In this document: piece after piece, positions 44,852 to 53,958 of the stretch
Layout of the letters: every line of letters starts with the position of its first letter
Position numbering within the stretch: position 1 is the stretch's first letter
NCBI GenBank assembly: GCA_038872135.1
Contig: JAVZGN010000001.1
Location: 147 to 64,146, forward strand
Direction: 5' to 3'
DNA: 64,000 nt
DNA from: Candidatus Hadarchaeales archaeon
GTDB taxonomy: Archaea; Hadarchaeota; Hadarchaeia; Hadarchaeales; Hadarchaeaceae
Program-made: the position numbers and the translations under genes
The notes under the pieces: generated by a model
The model's database searches: none
Told to the model about the DNA's origin: nothing
The model's input: the letters and a program-made list of their open reading frames with translations, nothing else

Positions 44852-45820
44852 ATGAAGCTCGGACGGGATTACACCAATTGTTTGGTCTTCGAGCATTTGA
44901 GCGACGAAGAAAAGAGGGCATTTGAGAGAGGCGAAATCGACCTGGGCTCGATGAACGCATTGGCTCTAGAGAAAGCAAAGCTGGACGTTCAGAAGCAGAT
45001 AGATGTGACGCTTGAGCTGGGACTTCAACATATAGAACTCGATGCTGACTCCCCCAATCCCTACCTCAGACTAGATGAAAAGCAGAGGAATGATATAAGA
45101 AATATGGCGGAGGACAGTGGTATTTCTCTCTCCCTTCATCTCCCATATTCCTATGTTGGGGGAAGCATATGCTCCCTCCAGGGGACTGATAGAAGGATGG
45201 CGGTTGACCTTTGCAAGGAATGCATGAGGTTTGCGGCAGACATTGGAGCAGAATCTGTAAATGTTCATCCTGGGAGCGCCCCATTCTACCAGCGCTATGG
45301 AAGGTACATGGAACAAATCCGCGCGAGCCTTTTCAAAAGCCTCCTCGACCTCTCAAAATACGCAAAGGAGCTGGGGCTCTGTCTTTTGCTCGAGAACAAC
45401 ACAGCTTTTGACGGAATTTTCAGTGAGGTTGGAGAGTGTCTGTCTCTTATCTCAGAGCTAAGGGAGAAGAATGCTGAGATATACTTCAATTTTGACATTG
45501 GCCATTGGTTCACGAGAGCCGATGTCGGGCAGGAGATTCCAAATCCCCCAGAGTCGATAATGGAACAAATTCCACCAGATTTTATAAAGGAGCTTCATCT
45601 CAATGACTATGTGCCGGTTGAAAAAATGTTTCACCCCCCGCTTCATCTTGAGCTAGGTCTCCTCAAGTTTGGGAATCTCCAGAGATATGCGAGGATTGTC
45701 AAAATGAAGCGGGTGGAGTTGATAGTTTTGGAGACTTCCCTCAAAAGCGTTGAGCAGGTTCTCCACTGGGAAGAATTTTTGAAGAGGGAGACCGATTTTG
45801 TCAAGCAGATTTTTGACTGA
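44852..45820 (+). CDS. sugar-phosphate isomerase/epimerase-like TIM-barrel protein (xylose isomerase-like fold)
   Basis: The motif pattern HLPYSYV...VNVHPG...LLENN is consistent with AP-endonuclease-2/xylose-isomerase-like TIM barrels. Confidence 0.5.
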   Translation: MKLGRDYTNCLVFEHLSDEEKRAFERGEIDLGSMNALALEKAKLDVQKQIDVTLELGLQHIELDADSPNPYLRLDEKQRNDIRNMAEDSGISLSLHLPYSYVGGSICSLQGTDRRMAVDLCKECMRFAADIGAESVNVHPGSAPFYQRYGRYMEQIRASLFKSLLDLSKYAKELGLCLLLENNTAFDGIFSEVGECLSLISELREKNAEIYFNFDIGHWFTRADVGQEIPNPPESIMEQIPPDFIKELHLNDYVPVEKMFHPPLHLELGLLKFGNLQRYARIVKMKRVELIVLETSLKSVEQVLHWEEFLKRETDFVKQIFD

Positions 45821-45848
45821 CGGCTCCTCTTCAGGCGAAAGGGAGGGC

Positions 45849-46364
45849 ATGAAATTGATAGTTTTTCACGCGGATGAATGCGATCCAAAGCGCTGTACCG
45901 CCAGGAAGCTGGCGAGGGCAGGAAAGGTGGAACTCGTGAGGGTGCCGTCTGATCTTCCGAAAAATGCTGTTCTTCTCGACCCCTTTGCCGAAACAGCGCT
46001 GTCAAGAGGAGACAGAGAACCTGCGATTAATGCCGGGCTTGTGGCATTCGACTGCTCATGGAAGAGGATAAAGGAATTTCCTCAAGCCATCAGGAAAAAA
46101 ATGGTCTGTCGCGCTCTCCCCTATCTTGTGGCCGCAAATCCAACGAATTATGGAAAGCCAACGATTTTGAGCACGGCTGAGGCTCTTGCTGCAGCCCTTT
46201 TCATCTTGGGGGAGAGAGCTCAGGCAAAGGAACTCTTGAGCATTTTTAAATGGGGAGAAGGCTTCTTCCATCTGAATGGAGAGCTTCTGGAAGCATATTC
46301 TACCGCGAGCACGAGTTCCCAGGCGGTGGCAATCCAGCAGAAATTTCTCGAGATGCGCAGATGA
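45849..46364 (+). CDS. Tsr3-like 16S rRNA aminocarboxypropyltransferase (DUF367)
   Basis: The motif MKLIVFHADECDPKRCTARKLARAGKVELV matches the Tsr3 family. The internal Met is the probable start. Confidence 0.7.
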   Translation: MKLIVFHADECDPKRCTARKLARAGKVELVRVPSDLPKNAVLLDPFAETALSRGDREPAINAGLVAFDCSWKRIKEFPQAIRKKMVCRALPYLVAANPTNYGKPTILSTAEALAAALFILGERAQAKELLSIFKWGEGFFHLNGELLEAYSTASTSSQAVAIQQKFLEMRR

Positions 46365-46417
46365 TTTAAATTTAGCGTCAGATTGTTGATGAGAACATGA
46401 GAAGAGAAAGGGAGAGG

Positions 46418-46570
46418 ATGCCTGCAAGCGGCGCCGGGCTCATGAGATATTTTGAGGAGGAGGGCCCAGGCAGGAAAATTCCTCCAAAGCTGATGCTCTA
46501 CTTTGTCATAGGAGTTATAATCTTTGAAATCCTGCTGAGGTTCATCGGTCAAACTCTGCTAGGATTTTAG
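46418..46570 (+). CDS. secG: preprotein translocase subunit Sec61beta (archaeal SecG)
   Basis: The unannotated 50-aa product is MPASGAGLMRYFEEEGPGRKIPPKLMLYFVIGVIIFEILLRF... It has the archaeal Sec61beta signature SGAGLMRY plus a C-terminal TM helix. A GGGAGAGG ribosome-binding site precedes it. Confidence 0.7.
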   Translation: MPASGAGLMRYFEEEGPGRKIPPKLMLYFVIGVIIFEILLRFIGQTLLGF

Positions 46571-47421
46571 GATTTTGCCATCATCTCCAAGCGTCTAATT
46601 CTTTCCTCCGGTGGCGGGTGGGTGGAAAATAGGCTAAGCAGCTTTACCCCTCTAAAAGGGTTGACTATGAAGAGGTGGGAGGTGGAGGGGTTGCCGGAAG
46701 CCAGAGGTCTCGCCTTCGCCGCAGATTCAAGTTTTTTCAGGGCGCTTGCGAGGGCCAGAGGCTTACCGGAGATATTTGCGCCACCTCTGTCTGCTTCGTA
46801 CTCTCTTCCCCTAGATATAGCAAGCCTGACGAGCATTGCAGCGAATGGCACCAAGAGAAAGGCGAGAAGGGCAATGATCCCCGCCCCGCTGTCCCTTTCA
46901 CTTCTTCTTGGTGCAAAATATGAGAAATAGAGGGCATAAGTTATGGCCGCGCCAATCATGGCAGCCAAGGTGTTTATCAGCATGTCTCTGTTTTTGATGT
47001 GGGCGAGTTCATGCCCAAGGACGCCCTCAAGCTCCTCATCGTTAAGGAGTTCAAGAGCCCCTTTTGTGACGGCGACAACCGAGTGGGACGGGGAGCGACC
47101 GGTGGCGAAGGCGTTTGGGGTATCGATGGGGACAACGGCGACCCTTGGCTTTGGGATTTTCGCGATTGCGGAGAGCCGCTCAACGATTTTATGGAGTCTA
47201 GGTTCCTCGGCGGGTGAAACAACTTTTGCCCGGTACATTGCGAGAACCCACCTATCGGCAAAGAAATACATGAAAAGGTTGAGTAGGATTGCCATTGCCA
47301 GCGCTGCGGTTAAAGAGTATTCAATCCCGATGCCGGTGACATAGCCAACTATCCACCCAACCAACATCAGTAGCCCCGTGAGCACACCCATGAGGAGAGC
47401 AGTTCTCGATAATCCGCCCAT
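46567..47421 (-). CDS. htpX: HtpX-like M48 zinc metalloprotease
   Basis: It has the HExxH motif (GHELAHIKNRD) and TM helices at both ends. Confidence 0.85.
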   Translation of the reverse strand: MGGLSRTALLMGVLTGLLMLVGWIVGYVTGIGIEYSLTAALAMAILLNLFMYFFADRWVLAMYRAKVVSPAEEPRLHKIVERLSAIAKIPKPRVAVVPIDTPNAFATGRSPSHSVVAVTKGALELLNDEELEGVLGHELAHIKNRDMLINTLAAMIGAAITYALYFSYFAPRRSERDSGAGIIALLAFLLVPFAAMLVRLAISRGREYEADRGGANISGKPLALASALKKLESAAKARPLASGNPSTSHLFIVNPFRGVKLLSLFSTHPPPEERIRRLEMMAKS

Positions 47422-47476
47422 TTTCCCTTTTTAGATGGGTGGAGAATTCATTTAAGAGTTTTGCTGGGGAGTTCAA

Positions 47477-48265
47477 GTGATGTTCAGGAGAGATGGAATG
47501 TTGGCGATTTTGGACGAAGAGTTTAAAGGGAGGGTCTTGGTTGCTGGGGACATTCACGGGGACCTCGAGGCATTTCTGAGTATTCGGAAGATATTTGGGG
47601 AAGATCAGGAGGCCCTTCTGATATTTCTGGGGGATTATGCAGATCGGGGCGAAAATGGGCTGGAGGTTATTCGCGGGGTTGCAGAACTTGTGGAGAAGAA
47701 TCCAGAGAGGATCATCCCGCTAAAAGGAAACCATGAGGATTACAGGGATGGGGAGCCGTGGTTTTCCCCTTGGACCCTCGGGGAGGAGGTTGAGGCTAAG
47801 ACGGGGAGCTCGTGGGAAGATTTTCTACCGGAGCTCGAGGATTTTCTTGGACGACTTTTTCTCGCGGCGCTCATCCCAGAGGCGGCGATTTTCGTCCATG
47901 GAGGCATGTCTTCAAAGGTAGGCGAGGTGAGACGGATAGTTGAGCCGAGCAGGGAGGTGGAGGAAGATATTCTCTGGAGTGATCCGATGGATGAAGATGG
48001 TGAACTTCCAAACCCTAGAGGAGCGGGCGTCCTGTTTGGGCCGGATGTGAGCAGGATGGTTCTGGAGAGGCTGGGCGTGAAGATGGTCATAAGGGGCCAT
48101 CAGCCGCAGAAGGCATATGATGGGCCATTCTTTGAGCATGAGGGGAGGGTGGTGACGCTTAGTTCAACGAATGTTTATGGAGGAAGGCCGTTTCTTTTGG
48201 ATTTTAGATGTGGTGAGGATCTTAAGCGGGAAAAGATGGACGTGATATATCTCGGGCAGAAATAG
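47477..48265 (+). CDS. calcineurin-like metallophosphoesterase (PPP-family Ser/Thr phosphatase-like)
   Basis: It has the motifs GDIHGD, GDYADRG and GNHE. Confidence 0.7.
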   Translation: MMFRRDGMLAILDEEFKGRVLVAGDIHGDLEAFLSIRKIFGEDQEALLIFLGDYADRGENGLEVIRGVAELVEKNPERIIPLKGNHEDYRDGEPWFSPWTLGEEVEAKTGSSWEDFLPELEDFLGRLFLAALIPEAAIFVHGGMSSKVGEVRRIVEPSREVEEDILWSDPMDEDGELPNPRGAGVLFGPDVSRMVLERLGVKMVIRGHQPQKAYDGPFFEHEGRVVTLSSTNVYGGRPFLLDFRCGEDLKREKMDVIYLGQK

Positions 48266-48369
48266 CCTAGCGACCCGCGTCATCAGCTCTGGAGATATGT
48301 CTTCAAGATTGAATTGTAGTCCGGTAGGCCGGTTTACCTTTTTTTATGAAGTATCCCACCGTGTGAAGT

Positions 48370-49674
48370 CTAAACCTGGATTTGCCCTCTGTAATCGAGC
48401 AACCACTTCCACAAGGGAACAAATTTCACGGTTCTACCCCCAACCTTTTCGCATGCTTCATAGTCGTCTGTCAGGATTAAGCCGCATTTCAGTCTAAAGT
48501 GTTTTAGGGCCTCCACCAAACCCTTGACTTCTCGTTCCCTGCTCTCGCCAGTTGGGTCAAAACAGACCTGTATAGCCTCTTTGACCCTCAAACCCTCTTT
48601 GATTAAAAAGTCGCACTCGTGCTTGTTTTTCCAGTAGTAGACATCCTTTCCCCGCCTCTTGAGTTCCACGAAAACTGCGTTCTCCATCGCTCTCCCCCTG
48701 TTTTCGCTGAATTTGAAGCCAACATTGCTGAAAAAACCGAGATCGCAGACATAGACTTTCTTGGGGCGCAGCTGTTGTGCCCGGATGGAATAGTCAAATT
48801 TTGGCACGAAGAAGAAGAGGAACACCTCCTTGAAATACTGTAAATATGTGTTTATGCTTTCCAAAGACAGGCCATAGCTTCTTGAATATTTTCTCGGGCT
48901 GAATGCCGCCGCCGAGTTTGAAGCAAGAAAATCTGCTAGGAGCTTTATCTTCCCGTAGCTAGCGTTGTACCGCTCCACGATGTCTTTGTGGATGATGTCG
49001 CTGAAGTATGCTGTAAGTAGCTTCTTCTTTGCCGGTGGGGTCTTGAAAAACACCTCGGGGAAGCCTCCCCACTCCAAGAATCCTGAAAGGGCTTTCTTTA
49101 TTCTGTTGATCTCCTCCCGTTCCAGCAGATGCCTGAGCTTTATGCCACTCCATTCGAGGTATTCAGCGAAGGAAAGGGGAAAAATCGGGATGGTTATGGC
49201 CCGACCGGTCAGTAGCCTGGCATACTCCGGCGCGATAAATTTTGAGGAGGAATCGGTGATAAAAACTTGCCTCACTTTCCTGAGGTCGTACAACTTCCTC
49301 AAAAAAGGGACCCAGTCTCTGCATCTGTGTATCTCGTCGAGAAAAAGGTAGGGTCTTGTATCGGGGTTCACGTTCGACTGGTATGCATCAAAAACTTCCC
49401 TCAGAGTTTTCTTTGCCAGTACATCGTCTTCAAAATTCACGAGGAGGATTTCCTCCGGCCTGACGCCTTTATCTAGGAGGCTGGAAACCAACTGGTAAAA
49501 CAGGGTGGACTTGCCACTTCTCCTAACGCCGATCAGCAGTTTTATCTCCCGCAATGTCATGGAGTCTTCAAGTTCTCGTAGCACCACTCGCTCTGTCCCG
49601 CGGAGTTCCTCATCCACCGATTTGTCTCTCCACCAGTGGTTCCATTCTGAAAGGGATTCTATAATCATCCTCAT
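48370..49674 (-). CDS. AAA-family ATPase with a C-terminal DUF4143-like domain
   Basis: It has the Walker A motif GVRRSGKST and the Walker B motif LFLDEIH. Confidence 0.7.
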   Translation of the reverse strand: MRMIIESLSEWNHWWRDKSVDEELRGTERVVLRELEDSMTLREIKLLIGVRRSGKSTLFYQLVSSLLDKGVRPEEILLVNFEDDVLAKKTLREVFDAYQSNVNPDTRPYLFLDEIHRCRDWVPFLRKLYDLRKVRQVFITDSSSKFIAPEYARLLTGRAITIPIFPLSFAEYLEWSGIKLRHLLEREEINRIKKALSGFLEWGGFPEVFFKTPPAKKKLLTAYFSDIIHKDIVERYNASYGKIKLLADFLASNSAAAFSPRKYSRSYGLSLESINTYLQYFKEVFLFFFVPKFDYSIRAQQLRPKKVYVCDLGFFSNVGFKFSENRGRAMENAVFVELKRRGKDVYYWKNKHECDFLIKEGLRVKEAIQVCFDPTGESREREVKGLVEALKHFRLKCGLILTDDYEACEKVGGRTVKFVPLWKWLLDYRGQIQV

Positions 49675-49681
49675 TTATTAG

Positions 49682-49702
49682 AACATTTAATATTTAAATG
49701 TT
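49682..49702. promoter_or_regulatory. perfect 9-3-9 palindrome AACATTTAA-TAT-TTAAATGTT in the promoter region of the AAA ATPase gene
   Basis: The inverted repeat lies 8-28 nt upstream of the start codon at 49674 and is A/T-rich. It may be a TATA/operator overlap. Confidence 0.4.
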
Positions 49703-49902
49703 ACGATATAGTAGAACATATCCGCGCGGGATTTCCTCGGCCTTACTGGCGGCTCGCAACTTTCGGGTCATGTTTTGAAGATGCCACACCGCAATAGTGA
49801 GGCGGGGTTTCTAATCTAAATCACGGAAGATGACACTTGGTCAGGGAAAAGTCAAGAGATCTAAAATGACGAGTTACCGCGGGATGAATGATGTTCAAGT
49901 TT

Positions 49903-49980
49903 TGGTGCGGCAGGCGGGATTCGAACCCGCGTCGCAGGCCCGGGGAGCCTGAGTCCTAGACCAGGCTAGACCACTGCCGC
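49903..49980 (-). tRNA. tRNA, probably tRNA-Gly (CCC), with encoded CCA
   Basis: The reverse complement folds with the acceptor stem GCGGCAG/CTGCCGC, D-loop AGCCTGGTCTA, T-loop TTCGAAT and 3' ACCA. The only 7-nt anticodon-loop solution is TCCCCGG, giving anticodon CCC with an atypical C at position 33. Confidence 0.7.
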
Positions 49981-50004
49981 CGTTTTTCCTTTTTCTTCAA
50001 ATAA

Positions 50005-50817
50005 CTAAAGCCTTTCGCGCGCGACTTCCACGAGCTCAGTTTTCGTCAGGAGACCCGCGAGTTCTCCCTGGAGGTTCACCACGGGCAATCCGGAGATCCT
50101 CTTCTCCCACATCAGTCGTGCTGCCTCATCCAGGGTTGCATCAGTTCTCACGGTCAGGGGGGGCCGCAGCATTATATCTCCAACGAGCAAATTTTTCACC
50201 CTCTCGATCCTTCGAGCATCCTCGGCAACCTCGTGGAAGGCTGCCAGCTTCATGGCAACCTCTCTTGTCGTGAGTACCCCAACCAGCTCTTTCTCTACAA
50301 CGACGGGAAGCACTCCAACCCCCTCTTCGAGCATCAGCTTCCTGGCGTGCAGAACCCTGTCCTCTGGCGAAGCCGTCAGGGGACTCGTCTGCATCACTTC
50401 CCCGACATAGACATCCCCACAATCAAAGCAAACCTTGGCAAAATCGATCTTCGTGAGAATCCCCCTCAGTTCACTTCCAACGACAACGGGGAGCCCACTG
50501 ATGTTTCTCTCAAGCATGAGTTCCGCTGCCCTCTTCGCGGTAAGGTCGGGTTCAACTGTTATAGGCTCTCTGCCCATTACTCCGGAAACATGAATTCTGC
50601 TTGGGGGTATCCTGTAGGCTTGGGGCGTCCCCAGCCCCTTGATGATGTCCTTTTCAGTGATTGTTCCGACAATTCTCCCGTCATCGGTCACAACAAGCCT
50701 CGAGACTTCATTTTTTTCCATCAGCTCCACGGCTTCCATCAGAGACTTGCTCTTCTCTATCGTTATGACCTTGGGCGTCATGAGCTGGTAGACTCTCATC
50801 TCAACCCCCTCTTGCAA
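50005..50817 (-). CDS. CBS-domain protein (two CBS pairs)
   Basis: It has repeated CBS motifs (...VSRLVVTDDGRIVGTITEKDI...). It is the first of five tandem CBS genes. Confidence 0.75.
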   Translation of the reverse strand: MQEGVEMRVYQLMTPKVITIEKSKSLMEAVELMEKNEVSRLVVTDDGRIVGTITEKDIIKGLGTPQAYRIPPSRIHVSGVMGREPITVEPDLTAKRAAELMLERNISGLPVVVGSELRGILTKIDFAKVCFDCGDVYVGEVMQTSPLTASPEDRVLHARKLMLEEGVGVLPVVVEKELVGVLTTREVAMKLAAFHEVAEDARRIERVKNLLVGDIMLRPPLTVRTDATLDEAARLMWEKRISGLPVVNLQGELAGLLTKTELVEVARERL

Positions 50818-51655
50818 TTCCCCTCACGATATCGGTTTTTGTTATTATTCCTTTTAACCTTCCATTCATCAAAACTGGGAGCCCACTTATTCCTTTGCTC
50901 AGCATGAGTTCTGCTGCGGCTGCGACATCGTCGTAGATGTCGACCGTCACAGGGTCAGGAGTCATTACATCTTCTGCTGTGAGGAGAGCTATCTTTTTGA
51001 TGTATCTTGCCTTGGGTCTTCCCCCTCTTTCCAGTCTTCTCGTGTACCTCACGCTGGAAACTCTCGGCCCCATCCAAGAAACATCGAGCTGGGCGAAAGC
51101 GATGTCCCTCTCGGTGATCATCCCGATGGGTTTCTCCCCGTCAACCACAATGACCCTCTTTATCCTCCATTTTTCCATCAGCTCAAGAACTCGGGATATG
51201 GAATGCTTCCTGTTGACCACGATGGGGTCTGGGGTCATAAGTGCCACAACTTTAAGCTTCCCCGCGAGGCTCTCGGCAAAATGCCGGATCACATCTGTCT
51301 TTGTAACTATCCCCAGAGGTTTGTTGTTTTCGGCGATGACGACGCTGCTAATACCATTTTTTATCATCATCTGGGCAATTTTTTCAATTTCTGTGTTTGG
51401 GGAGGCAGAGATCACCCCTTTGTGCATCAGGGCTGAGACTGGAATCTGATCTATTTCCCTTCTCCGCCAGCTTGGCCCGCTCCGGTTGAGCCCCTCGGCG
51501 ATATCGTGAAGGGAGAGCATCCCCACTGCCGCCCCCTCAGAGATGACAAGGACCCTGCTCACCCTGTACCTTATGAGCAAGTTTTTTGCGTGGGAGACCG
51601 GCTCGCTTGGTCTAATCCCCACAACCGGAGAACTCATTATGTCTTTTGCCTTCAA
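50801..51655 (-). CDS. CBS-domain protein (two CBS pairs)
   Basis: It has CBS repeats and overlaps the downstream paralog by 17 nt. Confidence 0.75.
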   Translation of the reverse strand: MKAKDIMSSPVVGIRPSEPVSHAKNLLIRYRVSRVLVISEGAAVGMLSLHDIAEGLNRSGPSWRRREIDQIPVSALMHKGVISASPNTEIEKIAQMMIKNGISSVVIAENNKPLGIVTKTDVIRHFAESLAGKLKVVALMTPDPIVVNRKHSISRVLELMEKWRIKRVIVVDGEKPIGMITERDIAFAQLDVSWMGPRVSSVRYTRRLERGGRPKARYIKKIALLTAEDVMTPDPVTVDIYDDVAAAAELMLSKGISGLPVLMNGRLKGIITKTDIVRGIARGG

Positions 51656-52554
51656 GCCAACAGCCTCAGCAAATCATGCTCGGTTATTATCCCGGCTAGG
51701 GCTCCATCCGACAGCACCGGCAGACCCCCACACCCCTTCTCCCTCATCAGGGCAGCGACCTCCCCAGCGTCCATTTCTGGTGTGGCCTTCAGCACCTCCC
51801 TTGTCATTATTTCCTGGGTTGGGACGGAGAGGGCCTCGTCCATCCTCTGGGATTTCATGAACTCGAAAACTTTGCTGGAGCCGAAGTATTTCATGATATC
51901 GACGGTTGTGATGATGCCGACGAGATCTCTCTCCCTCACGACGGGAACTCTCCTCACCCTGAAAGAGGTCATGCGCCTGGCAGCTTCCCCTATCGGCGTC
52001 TCTGGCTCAACCGTGATCACATGCCTCGTCATGTAGTATCCTGCAGTTCTTCCGGTGGTCGCGGGGATGAGAGATATGAGATCCCTTTCTGAGACGACTC
52101 CGACCACATCTCCATCATCGTTTAAAACCGGCAGCCCGCCCACACCTGTTTGGAGAAGGGTCTTCACAGCATCCTGAATAGACATGTAGATGTCTCCAGT
52201 GGGAAATTTTGTTTCCATGATGCTTTTCACCGGCTCGTTGATCACAGCATAGAAATTTCCTCTGAACTTTCCCTCCACAAGCTTGTACTTCTCTCCTCCG
52301 CCGAAGAGATTGACGAAGTCCCTGGATCTGACCACTCCCTCCAGTTTCATGGTGCCGGGCCTCATGATCAAAAGCCGCCTGACGCTGTTGCTCACCATCA
52401 GCCGCATGCACTCTTTTATCGGGGTACTCGGAGTTACAGTGACCAAAGGTTTTCTTGCAATTGTCATTATCTCGCCCTCCTTTTTGTGAATCCTGCTTTT
52501 GAACTCAACCGGGCCCCTTTCGTATGATTGGTAATGGGGGAATCTCTTCATCAT
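51652..52554 (-). CDS. CBS-domain protein (two CBS pairs)
   Basis: It has CBS repeats and an ATGA overlap with the next gene. Confidence 0.75.
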   Translation of the reverse strand: MMKRFPHYQSYERGPVEFKSRIHKKEGEIMTIARKPLVTVTPSTPIKECMRLMVSNSVRRLLIMRPGTMKLEGVVRSRDFVNLFGGGEKYKLVEGKFRGNFYAVINEPVKSIMETKFPTGDIYMSIQDAVKTLLQTGVGGLPVLNDDGDVVGVVSERDLISLIPATTGRTAGYYMTRHVITVEPETPIGEAARRMTSFRVRRVPVVRERDLVGIITTVDIMKYFGSSKVFEFMKSQRMDEALSVPTQEIMTREVLKATPEMDAGEVAALMREKGCGGLPVLSDGALAGIITEHDLLRLLA

Positions 52555-52555
52555 C

Positions 52556-53362
52556 TCACCTGCAGAATCTCCTGATGATGTCGCTCCTTGTGATGATGCC
52601 GACGAGGGTATCTCTGTCGATTACCGGGAGTCTCTTGATGTTTTTTTCTCGCATCAGTCGGATCGCCGCCTTAACCTTAGTGTCGGTGGGCACTGTTATC
52701 GCCGGGGTCCTCATGATCGATTTTACCTTTGGCGCAGTTTTTCCTTTTTTCGATTCTCCAGCTGTCCTCACCAACCCCTTTCTAATGAGATCAGATCTTG
52801 TGATCATCCCCACAACCTTCCTCTTCCCTCCCTCTCTCCTCACCACCGGCAGCCCTGAGAAGTTTGACTCTTCCATGAGTTTCCAGACTGCTTGGAGATC
52901 ATCATCCTCGGAGCAGCAGACGACATCTTCGACCATTACATCGGAAACTGTGATGTCTTGGGGGATGGCCTCCTCGAGCCTTGAGAGAATATCTTCAATT
53001 TTTATTATCCCGACACCATTTCTCGTGGCATAACCGTCGACCACCGGTGCCTCATCCAGCCCTCTTTCAACCATCTCTCGGGCTGCAGTTGCCAGCTCTG
53101 CGGTTGGGGTGAGGATGAGGGTTAGGGGGGACATCATCCCAGCAATAAAAATGTTTGAGCGGGTTGAGGTTACTTTTATCACATCCCTCTGGGTTATTAT
53201 TCCCTCAACCCTCCCCCCATCGATGACTGGAAGGACCCTAGCACCAGTTTCCCTCATCACAGCTCTGGCGTGGGTGATGAGGTCTCTTGGAGTAACAAAT
53301 GAATTCAGCGAACGCATGACGCTCCTTACGGTGACCCCCGCAAGCGGGCCTTTGCCTGTCAT
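52556..53362 (-). CDS. CBS-domain protein (two CBS pairs)
   Basis: It has CBS repeats (VRSVMRS...ARVLPVIDGGRVEGIITQRDV...). Confidence 0.75.
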   Translation of the reverse strand: MTGKGPLAGVTVRSVMRSLNSFVTPRDLITHARAVMRETGARVLPVIDGGRVEGIITQRDVIKVTSTRSNIFIAGMMSPLTLILTPTAELATAAREMVERGLDEAPVVDGYATRNGVGIIKIEDILSRLEEAIPQDITVSDVMVEDVVCCSEDDDLQAVWKLMEESNFSGLPVVRREGGKRKVVGMITRSDLIRKGLVRTAGESKKGKTAPKVKSIMRTPAITVPTDTKVKAAIRLMREKNIKRLPVIDRDTLVGIITRSDIIRRFCR

Positions 53363-53370
53363 TTAATCAT

Positions 53371-53907
53371 CTACTCGCCCATGGTGTCCCGGCAGTTCTC
53401 GCAGACCCACATTCCATTGATCTCATAAAGAGCGGTAGTGACCTCGCCGCATTGTTCGCAAACGCTTTCTTCGATTTCTTCTCGAGGCATCTCTTCCGCC
53501 GCTGAGGCCTCGATTATCTCTGGCGAAACTGCCATGATGTCTGCGGTCGTGATGATTCCAACCAGCTTTCCCTTGTCAACAACCGGTAGTCTTCTGATCT
53601 TGTTTTTTGTCATTATCTTGGCAGCCTCCACGACATCGGCGTCCGGACCGATTGTTGTTAGTGGGGAGGACATCACCTTCTTCACGAGGACCTTGCTTGG
53701 TTTTGCATCGGTGCTCACAACTTTCATCAGCAGGTCCCTTTCTGTCAAAATTCCAATGGGTCTCTTTCCATCAACAACAACGATTGAGCCAACGCTTTGC
53801 TCCGCCATCTTCTTTGCGGCGGTGGCCACGGTGGCGTTTGGGCCGATTGTGAGAACTTTTGGTGTCATCGCCTCTTTAACTGAGACAACTTTCTTCATTT
53901 CCACCAA
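53371..53907 (-). CDS. CBS-pair protein with a C-terminal zinc-ribbon (CxxC...CxxC)
   Basis: It has two CBS domains followed by CEQCGEVTTALYEINGMWVCENC. Confidence 0.75.
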   Translation of the reverse strand: MVEMKKVVSVKEAMTPKVLTIGPNATVATAAKKMAEQSVGSIVVVDGKRPIGILTERDLLMKVVSTDAKPSKVLVKKVMSSPLTTIGPDADVVEAAKIMTKNKIRRLPVVDKGKLVGIITTADIMAVSPEIIEASAAEEMPREEIEESVCEQCGEVTTALYEINGMWVCENCRDTMGE

Positions 53908-53958
53908 TCGTTTTTTTGTAGCGGAGTATTAATAACTTCTTCGGATGAAATCTCAGCG

